A stretch of DNA of 64,000 nucleotides from an uncultured Acidimicrobiia bacterium (GCA_963714055.1 OY970227.1:2933330-2997329), one strand, 5' to 3'; shown: positions 1-9,860, numbered from the stretch's first letter. The notes: generated from the letters alone by a model not told the origin. Program-made: numbers and translations.

Positions 1-145
1 CAACCGCAAGATCACCGGTGCGCTGGTCGGGATCCAGCCCTTCGGCGGGTTCAAGCTTTCGGGATCGAACGCCAAGGCAGGAGGGCCCGACTACCTGAGG
101 TTGTTCACCGAGATGAAGTCTGTCACCAGGCGGCTCCAGCCGTGA
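1..145 (+). CDS. 3' end (partial) of an aldehyde dehydrogenase of the 1-pyrroline-5-carboxylate / glutamate-semialdehyde dehydrogenase type
   Basis: Frame 2 reads ...[47 protein letters not shown], then stop at 143-145. This is the typical C-terminal motif of the PruA/RocA-type ALDH family. Confidence 0.6.
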   Translation, partial: NRKITGALVGIQPFGGFKLSGSNAKAGGPDYLRLFTEMKSVTRRLQP

Positions 146-202
146 CGAGAGGCGTGGTGCCCGCCCGCTGACTCGGTTTCTCCCCGGGTGGTGGGATAAT
201 CG

Positions 203-1441
203 GTGCCCGCCCGACCGGAAGCCATGCAGTCTCGCCGCATCCCGTTCCTCGCCAGTGCGCTCCTCGCCGCCCTCATCGTGGGCGCCTGCGGCGCCGCCGA
301 CCCCGCCATCGGGGGAGCGGCGGTGCGGGGTGTCACCGAGACCGGTCCCGGAGGAAGCGGCGCACCGGACGACGGCGGCGGCACGACCGGAGCTCCCGAT
401 GGCGACGGCGCCCCGTCCACGACACCTGCCCCGGTCGAGGCGGCGGATTCGGCGGTCGGGGTTGCCGTGGTCGGCGCCGACGGCGCCGACCTGGCTGCCA
501 GCGCCGGGGGCGAGCCGGCGGTGCGGGCCGCGTCGGGGCTGCCACTCCCTGTGGTGGCGCGATCGGGCGAGTGGCTCGAGGTGGTCGACAGTTGCGGCAA
601 CCCCGCCTGGGTGCAGAGCACCGACGTCGAGCTGACTCCCCAGGAGGCGGGCGGCGGCACGCCCGGGCCCGGGTTCGACCTGTCGGAAGCGGTGGTGGTG
701 GTCGACGCCGGTCACGGCGACCGCGACTGGGGCGCCATCGGCCCGGAGGGACTGTCCGAGAAGGTGCTGAACCTCGACATCGCCACCCGGGTGCGGGAGC
801 TGATGCTGCGGTCGAACTCGGTGGACTGGACCACCGGCACGATCACCGACGGCTCCGACATCCCCGCCTTCGGGACCGTGTGGCTGACCCGTCCGCCGGA
901 GGGCCCCCTGGGCGGCCAGTACGAAGCCGGCCTGGCCTTTCGGGCCGAGCTGGCCAACAGCGCCGGCGCCGACGTCCTGGTGTCGGTCCACAACAACACC
1001 GTCCCCAAGGTGGAGAGCGAAGCTCCCGGCACCCAGGTGCTCTACTCGGTGGGCAACGAGGACTCGGCACGGCTCGGGGCGCTGCTCTACGAGGAGGTGC
1101 TGCGCAGCATGTCGGCGTTCGAGGCCGACTGGTCCGCCGGCGACCTGGTCGGTGCCATCGCCCGATACAACCCCGACACCGGCGAGGATTACTACGGGCT
1201 GCTCCGTCGGGCCACGATGCCATCCGCCATCGTCGAGGGCCTGTACCTGTCCGAGCCCGAGGAGGAGGCGCTGCTGGCCACCGAGGAGGTCAAGCAGGCC
1301 TATGCCGAGGGGGTGTACCGAGGGGTGGTGCGTTTCCTCACCACCGACGACGCCGGTACCGGGCTGAGGCCTCCCGACCCGTATCCCGAGGAGCGCACCC
1401 CCACCGGCACGTCCGCCTGCGTCGTTCCCGCCCAGTCGTGA
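203..1441 (+). CDS. Secreted N-acetylmuramoyl-L-alanine amidase (Amidase_3) with SH3b-like domain, paralog 1
   Basis: N-terminal signal peptide MQSRRIPFLASALLAALIVGACG. SH3b-like segment PLPVVARSGEWLEVVDSCGNPAWVQSTDVEL. Amidase_3 core VVVDAGHGDRDWGAIGPEG...LVSVHNN...YYGLLRRATMPSAIVEGLYLSEPEE. Confidence 0.8.
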   Translation: MPARPEAMQSRRIPFLASALLAALIVGACGAADPAIGGAAVRGVTETGPGGSGAPDDGGGTTGAPDGDGAPSTTPAPVEAADSAVGVAVVGADGADLAASAGGEPAVRAASGLPLPVVARSGEWLEVVDSCGNPAWVQSTDVELTPQEAGGGTPGPGFDLSEAVVVVDAGHGDRDWGAIGPEGLSEKVLNLDIATRVRELMLRSNSVDWTTGTITDGSDIPAFGTVWLTRPPEGPLGGQYEAGLAFRAELANSAGADVLVSVHNNTVPKVESEAPGTQVLYSVGNEDSARLGALLYEEVLRSMSAFEADWSAGDLVGAIARYNPDTGEDYYGLLRRATMPSAIVEGLYLSEPEEEALLATEEVKQAYAEGVYRGVVRFLTTDDAGTGLRPPDPYPEERTPTGTSACVVPAQS

Positions 1442-2739
1442 ACGCTCCCCTTCGTCGCCAGCGAGCACCGTTGTGGCGGGCGTTGGCGCTGTGCGGTCTT
1501 CTCGCCTTCGCCGGTTCGGGATGCACCGGGGCGTCGGCGGTCGAAGAGTGGGACGCACGCGGGGTCACCTCGCAGCCGATCGCACCGCTTCCGAGCATCA
1601 CCGTGGTCGCCGCCGGTCCGCCGACGACCACCAGGGCGCCGGAGCCCACCGGGCCGCCCCGGCCGGTCGCCGACGCTCCCGAACCGACGCCCCCGGCGCC
1701 CCGGCCGGGCAGCGAGCCCGGCTTCGCCGGCCGGGGGACCGTGGTCGTCGCAAGAGGCGGGGCGGAGTTGCGGCCCGAGAGGAGTGGCGAGCCGGTGGCC
1801 ACCATCCGCGAAGGGGTCGTGCTCCCCGGGCTCGGCCAGAGCACCGACGGGAGGTGGACCCGGGTGCTCACCACGTGTGACCAGGAGATGTGGCTGCCCA
1901 CCGCCCGAGTCCATGCGACCCCGCCGGCTCCGCCGGGGCCGATCGGCGCCGGGTTCGACTTCGGCGACGCGGTGATCGTCGTCGACGCCGGTCACGGTGG
2001 CCCGGTGAACACGGGGGCGCAGAGCCCGGGCGGCGTGGTCGAGAAGGAGAACAACCTGCTCATCGCCGCCCGGCTGCGCGACCTGCTGGAGCGGCCCTCG
2101 ACCATCGACTGGGAGACCGGGGCCATCCACGACGGCAGCGCCATCCCGGCGGCGGGGCGGGTCATCATGACCCGGGTGGGCGACGGGCCCGCCGGGGACT
2201 ACGAGGCCGGGCTCACCTTCCGCGCCACCGTCGCCAACACCGCCGCCGCCCATGCTCTGGTCTCGATCCACACCAACGCCGGCTGGGACCGGGACACCGA
2301 GATCCCGGGGAGCGACGTCTACTACCAATCGCAACGGGATGTGACCAAGGACTCACGGCGGCTGGCCAAGCTCATGGTCGAGGAGCTCCGCCGGGGGTTG
2401 ACCCCGTTCGAGGCCGACTGGGTCGGCACCACGCTGATGGGCGCCAAATCCCGGCTCAGCCCGCGAACCGGCGGCCAGTACTACGGCATCCTCGACGACG
2501 CTTCGGTGCCGGCGGTGATCGCCGAGGGTGCGTACATCGCCAACCCCAGCGAGGGGGAGCTCCTGGAGACTCCCGAGTTCCAGCAGGCCTATGCAGACGC
2601 CATGTACCGGGCGCTGGTCCGCTTCCTCACCACCGACGACCCGGGCAGGGCGCCCAGCCACGACCCGGAGGTGTGGTACGGCGCGGTGTTCCGGGGCGGT
2701 CCCCAGCCCGACTGCGAGGTTCCCCAGCAGGATTCCTGA
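1438..2739 (+). CDS. Lipoprotein N-acetylmuramoyl-L-alanine amidase (Amidase_3) with SH3b-like domain, paralog 2
   Basis: GTG start overlaps the stop of paralog 1 (GTGA at 1438-1441). Lipobox LAFAGSGC. Same architecture as paralog 1: IVVDAGHGGPVNTGAQSPGGVVEKENNL...LVSIHTNAG...YYGILDDASVPAVIAEGAYIANPSE. The 722-aa ORF upstream of 1438 is GC-rich read-through. Confidence 0.75.
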   Translation: MNAPLRRQRAPLWRALALCGLLAFAGSGCTGASAVEEWDARGVTSQPIAPLPSITVVAAGPPTTTRAPEPTGPPRPVADAPEPTPPAPRPGSEPGFAGRGTVVVARGGAELRPERSGEPVATIREGVVLPGLGQSTDGRWTRVLTTCDQEMWLPTARVHATPPAPPGPIGAGFDFGDAVIVVDAGHGGPVNTGAQSPGGVVEKENNLLIAARLRDLLERPSTIDWETGAIHDGSAIPAAGRVIMTRVGDGPAGDYEAGLTFRATVANTAAAHALVSIHTNAGWDRDTEIPGSDVYYQSQRDVTKDSRRLAKLMVEELRRGLTPFEADWVGTTLMGAKSRLSPRTGGQYYGILDDASVPAVIAEGAYIANPSEGELLETPEFQQAYADAMYRALVRFLTTDDPGRAPSHDPEVWYGAVFRGGPQPDCEVPQQDS

Positions 2740-2839
2740 GCGGGTAGGAGCCGTGCGGAGCTCAGCGGAAACGTCTACGGCCCGCGATGGGGTAGGGGCC
2801 CCATCTGCGGGAGGAGGCGAGCGCCAGCGAGCCGGGCAG

Positions 2840-3493
2840 TTACACGGCCCGCAGTTGCCGTCCTCCGGAGTCCGCCCAGGACTGCCGGAGCGAATCGGTG
2901 AGCCGGTCGAGCGACCGCACCTGGGTGACGATCCCCGCTACCGCCAGCCCCAGGTACAGGGCGTACCACCACCAGTCGTCGTCGAGCCGTTGCGTGGTGG
3001 CCAGGGTCATCTGGTCGAGGTCGACGACACCGAACAGCAGCATCGCACCGGTGACGATGGTGCCTGCCCCGGCGAAGGCACTCAGCACGACCAGGATCAC
3101 CATCGGCATGTTGCCGGCGAGGGCGAGAACGGCGAGGACGACGGCGAGGGCGATGCCGGCGAGCACGATCACCCACGACCAGGTGACCCCGAGTGCCACC
3201 AGCAGATGACTGGCCAGGGCGAACCCGATGGCGGCCATCGCCAGGACCACGGCCACCTCGTAGAACAAATAGGCCAGCGCCCCGAAGAGGATGGCGAAGG
3301 CGAACCCGACCAGCCACCCGGTCGCGGTCGACAGGAAGCCCTCGTCCCAGAACGAGGCGACCAGGCCGGCTCCGAACACGAACCCGGCGAAGGCTCCCCA
3401 GATGGGGATGATGATCCGCATCATCAGCCACCCGCCGAAGCAGAAGGCGGCCCCGATCGCGATGGCGAGCAGCCCGACGACGATGTCTTCCAC
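2840..3493 (-). CDS. Integral membrane protein (DUF4203/TM7S3-like multi-pass)
   Basis: 217 aa, highly hydrophobic with 6-7 predicted TM helices (MEDIVVGLLAIAIGAAFCFGGWLMMRIIIPIWGAFAGFVFGAGLV...). Confidence 0.5.
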   Translation of the reverse strand: MEDIVVGLLAIAIGAAFCFGGWLMMRIIIPIWGAFAGFVFGAGLVASFWDEGFLSTATGWLVGFAFAILFGALAYLFYEVAVVLAMAAIGFALASHLLVALGVTWSWVIVLAGIALAVVLAVLALAGNMPMVILVVLSAFAGAGTIVTGAMLLFGVVDLDQMTLATTQRLDDDWWWYALYLGLAVAGIVTQVRSLDRLTDSLRQSWADSGGRQLRAV

Positions 3494-3585
3494 GCCCGTT
3501 CCCTCCCGGGTTGATCACCGGATGCTAGAGACGCCAGGCGATCCGTCCGAGGATGGCTCCGGCGTCGTCGGCCGCCGGGCGAGGC

Positions 3586-4416
3586 TCACGGGTACACCAG
3601 CCGGTCGACCACCGCGCCCTCGGCGGTGAGGAGGAGGGCGGTGTCGCCGCCGTTGGACCACACCGGGGATTCGGCACACCAGAACCGCTCGCCCTGCCCC
3701 AGCTCCCCACATCCCGAGAAGACGGTGATCGAGGCGCCCGGCTCGAGCACGTCCTCTTCCTGGAACTCGAACCGGTTGGCGGTCGACTCGTCTCGCAGCA
3801 CCCAGCCACCGAGCGCCACCATGCCGTCGCTCCGGTTGTCGATCGTGACGTGCTCCCCGTTGGGCGACCGGTCGTCCGGCCCCTCGGGGTCGGCGACCAG
3901 GTCGGAGATCTCTACGCCGTCCGGTGCCGGCCCGCACACGGAGGTACCCCACATCCCCAGCCGTCCCTCCCAGGCGGCGTCGCCGGCGGCCAGCAGCTCG
4001 TCCTGGCCGTCCCGGCCGGTGTGGATGACCATGGCGTACCCGTCCTCCACCGCCTCGAGGTTGAGCCACCGAGGCCCCACCCAGACGTCGCGCAGCAGCC
4101 GGTCGAAGTCGTCGGTGTCGCTCTCGTTGCCCACCGGGACCAGCGTCACCTCGGCCCCGGCGGCGTCGGTCATCCACCGGTGCGCCTCGGCCCCGAAGCA
4201 CTCGTCCTGCTCGGGGGCATTGACCCCGGCGAGGCGGACCTCCCGCTCGCCGGTGTCGGTGTCGACCAGCATCGAATCCCCGTCGAACACGGTGACCACG
4301 CTCGCCGCGGCGCCGGCGGGAGCGGAGCCCCCGGCGGTGGCGTCCGTGGCGTTTCCCGAGACGGCGCACCCGCCGATGACCACGAGCGCGAGCAGGGCGG
4401 GCGACGCTCTGGGCAT
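3586..4416 (-). CDS. Secreted/lipoprotein thermonuclease (SNase-like) fused to a lamin-tail domain (LTD)
   Basis: ATG at 4416..4414. Signal/lipobox MPRASPALLALVVIGGCAVSG. SNase motifs VVTVFDGDSMLVDTDTGEREVRLAGVNAPE...RLLRDVWV...LNLEAVEDGYAMV. C-terminal LTD GEHVTIDNRSDGMVALGGWVLRDESTANRFEF...ITVFSGCG. The annotated 571-aa ORF upstream of the Met is a GC shadow. Confidence 0.7.
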   Translation of the reverse strand: MPRASPALLALVVIGGCAVSGNATDATAGGSAPAGAAASVVTVFDGDSMLVDTDTGEREVRLAGVNAPEQDECFGAEAHRWMTDAAGAEVTLVPVGNESDTDDFDRLLRDVWVGPRWLNLEAVEDGYAMVIHTGRDGQDELLAAGDAAWEGRLGMWGTSVCGPAPDGVEISDLVADPEGPDDRSPNGEHVTIDNRSDGMVALGGWVLRDESTANRFEFQEEDVLEPGASITVFSGCGELGQGERFWCAESPVWSNGGDTALLLTAEGAVVDRLVYP

Positions 4417-4473
4417 GGCGGCACCGTAGCCAGATGCGGCGGCGTACCCTCCAGCAGGACGAAGGAGGCAGGG

Positions 4474-5160
4474 GTGCGGGTGCTCGTGGTGGAGGACGAA
4501 CAGGACCTGGCGGTGGCACTCGCCGCCGGGCTTCGCCGGGAGGGCTATGCCGTCGACCTGGTGGCCGAGGGCGAAGCGGCCATCACCAAGCTCGAGGTCA
4601 GCGAGTACGACCTGGTGTGCCTCGACCTCAACCTGCCCGACATGGACGGGATCGAGGTGTGCCGGTTCATCCGAGCCGGGAAGGCGGCGGGTGACGTGGA
4701 ACCGCGGGTGCTGATGCTCACCGCTCGGGATGGGCTCGACCACCGGGTCGAGGGCCTCGACGAAGGTGCCGACGACTACCTGGTGAAGCCGTTCGCCTTC
4801 CCCGAGCTGCTGGCGCGGGCACGCGCCCTCGGCCGGCGGGGGTTCGCCTCTACCGGGGCGTTGCTCGAGGTCGGTCCGTTGACGCTCGACGCCGCCCGTC
4901 GCACCGCGGCCTATGCCAACTCGCCGCTCGAGCTGACCGCCAAGGAGTTTGCCCTGCTCCGCTACTTCATGCTCCACGGCGGTGAGGTGTTGTCGGCGGA
5001 GCGGCTGCTCGAGCACGTGTGGGACGAGCACGCCGACCCGTTCACCAACACGGTGCGGGTGACCGTGTCCAACCTGCGGCGCAAGCTGCGCAGCGCCGGC
5101 GCCGACGGCGCCATCGAGACCGTCGTGGGGGCGGGCTACCGGCTCACCGGGTCGCCGTGA
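4474..5160 (+). CDS. OmpR-family response regulator (MprA-like)
   Basis: GTG start after RBS GAAGGAGG. Receiver VLVVEDEQDLAVAL...LVCLDLNLPDMDG...LMLTARD. Winged-helix LTAKEFALLRYF...GAGYRL. Confidence 0.85.
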   Translation: MRVLVVEDEQDLAVALAAGLRREGYAVDLVAEGEAAITKLEVSEYDLVCLDLNLPDMDGIEVCRFIRAGKAAGDVEPRVLMLTARDGLDHRVEGLDEGADDYLVKPFAFPELLARARALGRRGFASTGALLEVGPLTLDAARRTAAYANSPLELTAKEFALLRYFMLHGGEVLSAERLLEHVWDEHADPFTNTVRVTVSNLRRKLRSAGADGAIETVVGAGYRLTGSP

Positions 5161-6389
5161 GCCGACTCTCCGCCTTCTTCCGGTCGATCCGGTTCCGGTT
5201 GGCGCTGACGTTCTCGCTGGTGGTGTTCGGGATGGCCTTCCTGGTGATCGCCGGGGTGAACTATGCGCTGTCGCAGTCGCTGGACGACGAGACGGTGGCA
5301 CAGATGGTCGAGCTCAACTCGTTCTTCGACCCCCTGGGCAACCGGGTGATCATCGCCGAGCAGATCGAGGGTCGCCTGGTGACTCTGGAGCAGCTGGCCA
5401 ACGAGCGCGCCCTGGAGACTCTGCGCCGCTACTCGGTCATCGCCCTGCTCGGGATGTTCCCGCTGTCGATCGCCGCCGGCTGGGTGATCGCCGACCGCAC
5501 GCTGCGCCCGATCGGCCGGATCACCGAGGTGGCCAAGGAGATCCAGACCGGGGACCTCTCCGAGCGGATCGACCTCGGCGGCCCCGACGACGAGCTCAAG
5601 GAGCTGGCCGACACCTTCGACGACATGCTCGGGCGACTGGAGGCGGGGGCGGAGGCGCAGCGGCGGTTCATCCAGGACACGTCCCACGAGCTCCGCAACC
5701 CACTGGCGGTGATGGCCACCAACCTCGACGTGGTGCTGTCCGATCCGGGGGCCGATGTCGACACCTACCGGAAGACCGCCGAGGTGGTGCGGCGCACCGT
5801 CGACCGGGCGGCGCAGACGGTCGACGACCTGGTGGTGTTCGCCCGCCGTGACGTCCCCGCCTCGGTGCGTACCCAGGTGTCGTTGCGTGAGATGGCCGAG
5901 GAGGTGGTGGCCGAGTACATCGGGCCGATGGAGGAGCGCCGCATCGAGGTCGAGTACCTGGGCCAGGACGCCGTCGTCAAGGTCGACGCCGAGGGGCTGA
6001 AACGCGCATTCGGGAACCTGGTCAACAACGCGGTGCGCCTCACCCGGGAGGGATCGGTCGTCGAGATCGGGTCCGGCCGGCACCTGGGGTTCGCCTGGCT
6101 GGGGGTCGCCGACCAGGGCCCCGGGATCGACGCCAGGGACCACGAGGCGGTGTTCCAGCGCGGCTGGAGCGCCGACGGCACCAGCCTCGGAGACGAGACC
6201 CGCAACGGGCTGGGGCTGGCCATCGCCCGGCAGATCGCCAAGGCCCACGGCGGCGAGCTGACCCTTCGCTCGGTGCGGGGCGCCGGGGCCGCATTCGTCA
6301 TCTGGCTGCCGCTGGCCGCCGGCGCCGACCACGCCGACATCACCGAAGACGGCATCCACCCCGTCCACGACCCCTTCGCCGAGGTCTGA
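5157..6389 (+). CDS. Sensor histidine kinase (MprB-like; HAMP + HisKA + HATPase_c)
   Basis: GTG overlaps the regulator's stop (GTGA). Two TM segments. H-box FIQDTSHELRNPLAVM. G-boxes GLGLAIARQIAKAHGGEL. Confidence 0.8.
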   Translation: MSRLSAFFRSIRFRLALTFSLVVFGMAFLVIAGVNYALSQSLDDETVAQMVELNSFFDPLGNRVIIAEQIEGRLVTLEQLANERALETLRRYSVIALLGMFPLSIAAGWVIADRTLRPIGRITEVAKEIQTGDLSERIDLGGPDDELKELADTFDDMLGRLEAGAEAQRRFIQDTSHELRNPLAVMATNLDVVLSDPGADVDTYRKTAEVVRRTVDRAAQTVDDLVVFARRDVPASVRTQVSLREMAEEVVAEYIGPMEERRIEVEYLGQDAVVKVDAEGLKRAFGNLVNNAVRLTREGSVVEIGSGRHLGFAWLGVADQGPGIDARDHEAVFQRGWSADGTSLGDETRNGLGLAIARQIAKAHGGELTLRSVRGAGAAFVIWLPLAAGADHADITEDGIHPVHDPFAEV

Positions 6390-6517
6390 GTCGTCCTCCC
6401 GGCGTTCGTACCGGGCAGTCGTGGGTCGTGGGACCTGATCTGGGTCTTTAGCCCCGGTTTATCCGGACCTACGTACGGTGCGGCAGCCTGGACATCGAAA
6501 TAGGAGTCGCCCGCCCC

Positions 6518-7837
6518 ATGACGCTCGACACCGACCAGCCCTCCGCAGGGAACATCACGACCGGCCGTTCGTGGCGCGATCTACCCCAGTCACCGCCGGA
6601 GGTGGACGAGCCGGGGGCGATCCCGGATCTCGCCATGTCGGCGCCAACCGCAACGGCCACACAGCTGGTCGAGCCGCCGGCGGGCACCACCACCGTCGAG
6701 ATCCCTCCTTCGTCACCGGACCAGGTCCCCGTCCAGCCGCGTCCCGCCTCCCCGCCCCCGGACAAGCCCCGCGGCTTCATGGAGCGGTGGGGATGGGCAC
6801 TGGGCGCCGGCGGTGTCCTCGCTCTGCTCATCGCGTTGTTCGCCTGGGCGCCGTGGGATGACGACCCGAACGACGCCGCCCTCGCCGGCGTCGACGAACC
6901 CATAGCCGACGTTGCCGCGTCCCTGCTGCCTTCGGTGGTCCAGATCGAGCGGGCGGGCATGGTCGGCTCCGGGTTCGCCTACGCCGACGGCAGGGTGCTC
7001 ACCGCCGCCCATGTGGTGGCCGGCGCCACCGAGGTCACCGTGCGCACCTCGGACGGGCGCGAGCTCACCGGCACCGTGCTCGGCGGCGACTCCGAAGCCG
7101 ACGTGGCCGTGGTCGCCGTCGACGACGAGATCCCGGCGGCGCCGCTGTCCTTGGAGGACCCGGTCCGGGTGGGCCAGGTGGCCATCGCCATTGGCAGCCC
7201 CCTCGGGTTCGACCAGTCGGTGACCTCGGGGATCGTGTCCGCCGTCGACCGTGAGCTGGACGTCCCCGGCGGCGGTCACCTGGAGAACCTGATCCAGACC
7301 GATGCCCCGATCAACCAGGGCAACTCGGGTGGTCCGCTGGCCGACCAGGACGGGCGGGTGATCGGGGTCAACGTGGCCATCGCCAGCTTCTCGGGGGGCA
7401 GTGACGGGCTCGGGTTCGCCGTCGCCATCGACGAGGCGGTGGCCATCGCCGACCAGTTCTCGACGGACGACCCGCAGCCCGAGTCGCTCGACCCCGGCTC
7501 GACGGTGCCCGGGCTCGACGACTTCGGTGGCGCCGTGCCACCCGAGTTGCGTGACCTGCTCGACCAGTTCCTCCAGGACCCGCAGAGCATCCAGCCCGAC
7601 GACCTCGCCCCGCTCATGGACGACTTCCTCGACCAGTTCGGTGACGACCTCGGTGGCTCGGAGTTCCTCGACGATCCGGAGCTGCGCGACCTGCTGGACG
7701 AGCTGCTCCAGGATCCGGGCGCCGTCGGGCCGGAGGACCTGGCCCCGCTGCTCGACGACTTCCTGCTCGGCGACGAGGTGGACCCGATGCTGGAGAACCT
7801 CCTCGACCAGCTCTACGACAACCTGTTGGGAGAATGA
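6518..7837 (+). CDS. Trypsin-like serine protease (S1C/HtrA-PepD-like) with no recognisable PDZ domain and a C-terminal tandem acidic repeat
   Basis: RBS AGGAG then ATG 6518. TM/Pro-rich N-terminus. Catalytic triad context TAAHVV...DVAVVAV...GNSGGPL. C-terminus has two copies of about 37 aa: (P/D)PELRDLLD(Q/E)(F/L)LQDP...(D/E)DLAPL(M/L)DDFL. Confidence 0.75.
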   Translation: MTLDTDQPSAGNITTGRSWRDLPQSPPEVDEPGAIPDLAMSAPTATATQLVEPPAGTTTVEIPPSSPDQVPVQPRPASPPPDKPRGFMERWGWALGAGGVLALLIALFAWAPWDDDPNDAALAGVDEPIADVAASLLPSVVQIERAGMVGSGFAYADGRVLTAAHVVAGATEVTVRTSDGRELTGTVLGGDSEADVAVVAVDDEIPAAPLSLEDPVRVGQVAIAIGSPLGFDQSVTSGIVSAVDRELDVPGGGHLENLIQTDAPINQGNSGGPLADQDGRVIGVNVAIASFSGGSDGLGFAVAIDEAVAIADQFSTDDPQPESLDPGSTVPGLDDFGGAVPPELRDLLDQFLQDPQSIQPDDLAPLMDDFLDQFGDDLGGSEFLDDPELRDLLDELLQDPGAVGPEDLAPLLDDFLLGDEVDPMLENLLDQLYDNLLGE

Positions 7838-8952
7838 CGATGCACGACGAGTTCACCAAGCGGTCGGCCCAGCTCGAACAGGCCCTGTTCGAGATGCGCC
7901 GGGTCGTCGTAGGCCAGGACCGCGTTCTCGAGCGGCTGATGGTGGCGCTGCTGGCGGGCGGCCACACCCTGCTCGAGGGCGTGCCCGGGCTGGGGAAGAC
8001 CCTGACGCTGGCGACACTGGCCAGGGTGCTCGGCGGGAGCTTCTCCCGCATCCAGTTCACCCCCGACCTGCTCCCCGCCGACATCGTCGGGACCCGGATC
8101 TTCCTGGCGTCGCAGGAGAAGTTCGACGTCGAGCCGGGCCCGGTGCTGGCCAACTTCGTGCTCGCCGACGAGATCAACCGGGCGCCCGCCAAGGTGCAGT
8201 CGGCGATGCTCGAGGTCATGCAGGAGCACCAGGTCACCATCGGCGACCAGACGTTCCCCGCCCCGGCGCCGTTCCTGGTCATGGCCACCCAGAACCCGAT
8301 CGAGTCGGAAGGCGTCTACCCGCTGCCCGAGGCGCAGCGCGACCGCTTCATGATGCGGGTGCCGGTCGGCTATCCGTCCGTCGACGAGGAGCGGGAGATC
8401 GTGCGTCGCATGGACGTGACCTCGTCCGCCGCCGAGCCGATCCTCGACCCGGCCGACGTCCTCGCCATGCAGAAGGTGGCCGGCGACGTGTTCGTCGACC
8501 AGAAGGTCATCGACTACGCCCTGAGGATCGTGACCGCCACCCGGCGTCCCGCCGACGTGGGGATGCCTCAGCTCGAGGGGCTCATCGAGTACGGGGGCAG
8601 CCCGCGGGCCAGCATCGCCCTCATCCGCGGTGCCCAGGCGATGGGGCTGCTCCGCGGCCGCGGCTACGCCTTGCCGCAGGACGTCTACGAGATCGCCTAC
8701 GACGTGCTCAATCACCGGTTGGTGCTGTCCTACGCCGCCCTTGCCGACGGCGTCACCATCGACGACGTGCTGGTCGACCTGCTCTCCAAGCTGCCCGCCC
8801 CGCGCATCACCGTGACCGAGGCGCACACCTCGGCTACCTGGGCGGCAGCGGTGCCCACCCGGGAGGCGGCGCCTCCTGCCGAGGTGCGCCCGGGCAGCCC
8901 CGCCGACCTCCCCGACACCCCGCCGGCGATCGACGGCGTCCCCACCACATGA
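7834..8952 (+). CDS. moxR: MoxR-family AAA+ ATPase
   Basis: ATGA overlap with the protease stop. Walker A GVPGLGKT, Walker B VLADEINRA; typical MoxR length (372 aa). Confidence 0.85.
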   Translation: MTMHDEFTKRSAQLEQALFEMRRVVVGQDRVLERLMVALLAGGHTLLEGVPGLGKTLTLATLARVLGGSFSRIQFTPDLLPADIVGTRIFLASQEKFDVEPGPVLANFVLADEINRAPAKVQSAMLEVMQEHQVTIGDQTFPAPAPFLVMATQNPIESEGVYPLPEAQRDRFMMRVPVGYPSVDEEREIVRRMDVTSSAAEPILDPADVLAMQKVAGDVFVDQKVIDYALRIVTATRRPADVGMPQLEGLIEYGGSPRASIALIRGAQAMGLLRGRGYALPQDVYEIAYDVLNHRLVLSYAALADGVTIDDVLVDLLSKLPAPRITVTEAHTSATWAAAVPTREAAPPAEVRPGSPADLPDTPPAIDGVPTT

Positions 8953-9860
8953 TCACCGGGTCGGTGGTGGACCCGTCCCGACAGGCGGCACTCCGCACCC
9001 TGGAGCTGACCGTGCTGCGGAGGCTCGACGGCATCCTGCAGGGCGACTACCGCGGGCTGCTCCCGGGACACGGCTTCGACGCCGGTGAGGCGCGTCCCTA
9101 TCTTCCCGGCGACGAGGTGCGCCGGATCGACTGGAACGTCACCGCCCGCACCAACGAGCCCCACGTGCGGGACACCATTGCCGACCGCGAGCTGGAGACC
9201 ACGTTGGTGGTCGACCTGAGCGGATCGATGGCCTTCGGCACCGCCCTCGAGGAGAAGCGGGACACTGCCCTGGCCATCGCCGGCGCCCTCGGGTTCCTGG
9301 TGTCCAGGGGGGGCAACCGGGTGGCCGCCCTGGTCGCCGCCGGCCAGGACCTCGACTGGGTGCGGCCCCGCTCCGGTCGCGCCCACCTGATGGGCTTGCT
9401 GGCCCGGCTCGACGCCGTCGGCCGGGACACCGGGCCCGGTGACCTCGCCGCTGCCATCCACACCGCCCACCGCACCGCCGTCCACCGGGGCTTCGTCGCC
9501 GTCGTCTCCGACTTCATCGACGACGGTCCTTGGGAACAGGCGTTGCGAGCGTTGACCCATCGCCACGACGTGCTCGCCGTCGAGGTCGTCGACCCGCGTG
9601 AGTTGGAGCTCCCCGATGTCGGGATGCTCACCATGACCGACCCGGAGACCGGCCGGAAGCGGTTCGTCGACACCCGTTCCACCCGGCTGCGCACCGACTA
9701 CGCCGCCGCCGCCCAGGAGCAGCGGGTGGACACCGCCCGAAGGATTCGCGCCACCGGCGCCGACCATCTCACCCTGCACACCGATCGAGACTGGGTGGTC
9801 GACCTGGTGCGCCACATCGTGCTCCGCCGTTCCGGCCGAGCGACCGGGAGGAAGCCATGA
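8949..9860 (+). CDS. DUF58 protein (MoxR-associated, vWA-fold)
   Basis: ATGA overlap with moxR. Motifs GDYRGLLPGHGFDAGEARPYLPGDEVRRIDWNVTART...LVVDLSGSM. It lies inside the artefactual 819-aa ORF at 7401..9860. Confidence 0.75.
   Translation: MITGSVVDPSRQAALRTLELTVLRRLDGILQGDYRGLLPGHGFDAGEARPYLPGDEVRRIDWNVTARTNEPHVRDTIADRELETTLVVDLSGSMAFGTALEEKRDTALAIAGALGFLVSRGGNRVAALVAAGQDLDWVRPRSGRAHLMGLLARLDAVGRDTGPGDLAAAIHTAHRTAVHRGFVAVVSDFIDDGPWEQALRALTHRHDVLAVEVVDPRELELPDVGMLTMTDPETGRKRFVDTRSTRLRTDYAAAAQEQRVDTARRIRATGADHLTLHTDRDWVVDLVRHIVLRRSGRATGRKP

Noticed and set aside
571-2739. The 722-aa ORF read as a single protein.
   Set aside because: Only the C-terminal 433 aa, from GTG 1438, form an amidase with its own lipoprotein signal. 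The upstream part overlaps amidase 1 in another frame.
7401-9860. The 819-aa ORF spanning the protease 3' end, moxR and DUF58.
   Set aside because: It is a read-through of a frame lacking stops. The real genes are 7834..8952 (other frame) and 8949..9860, with an ATG at 8949.
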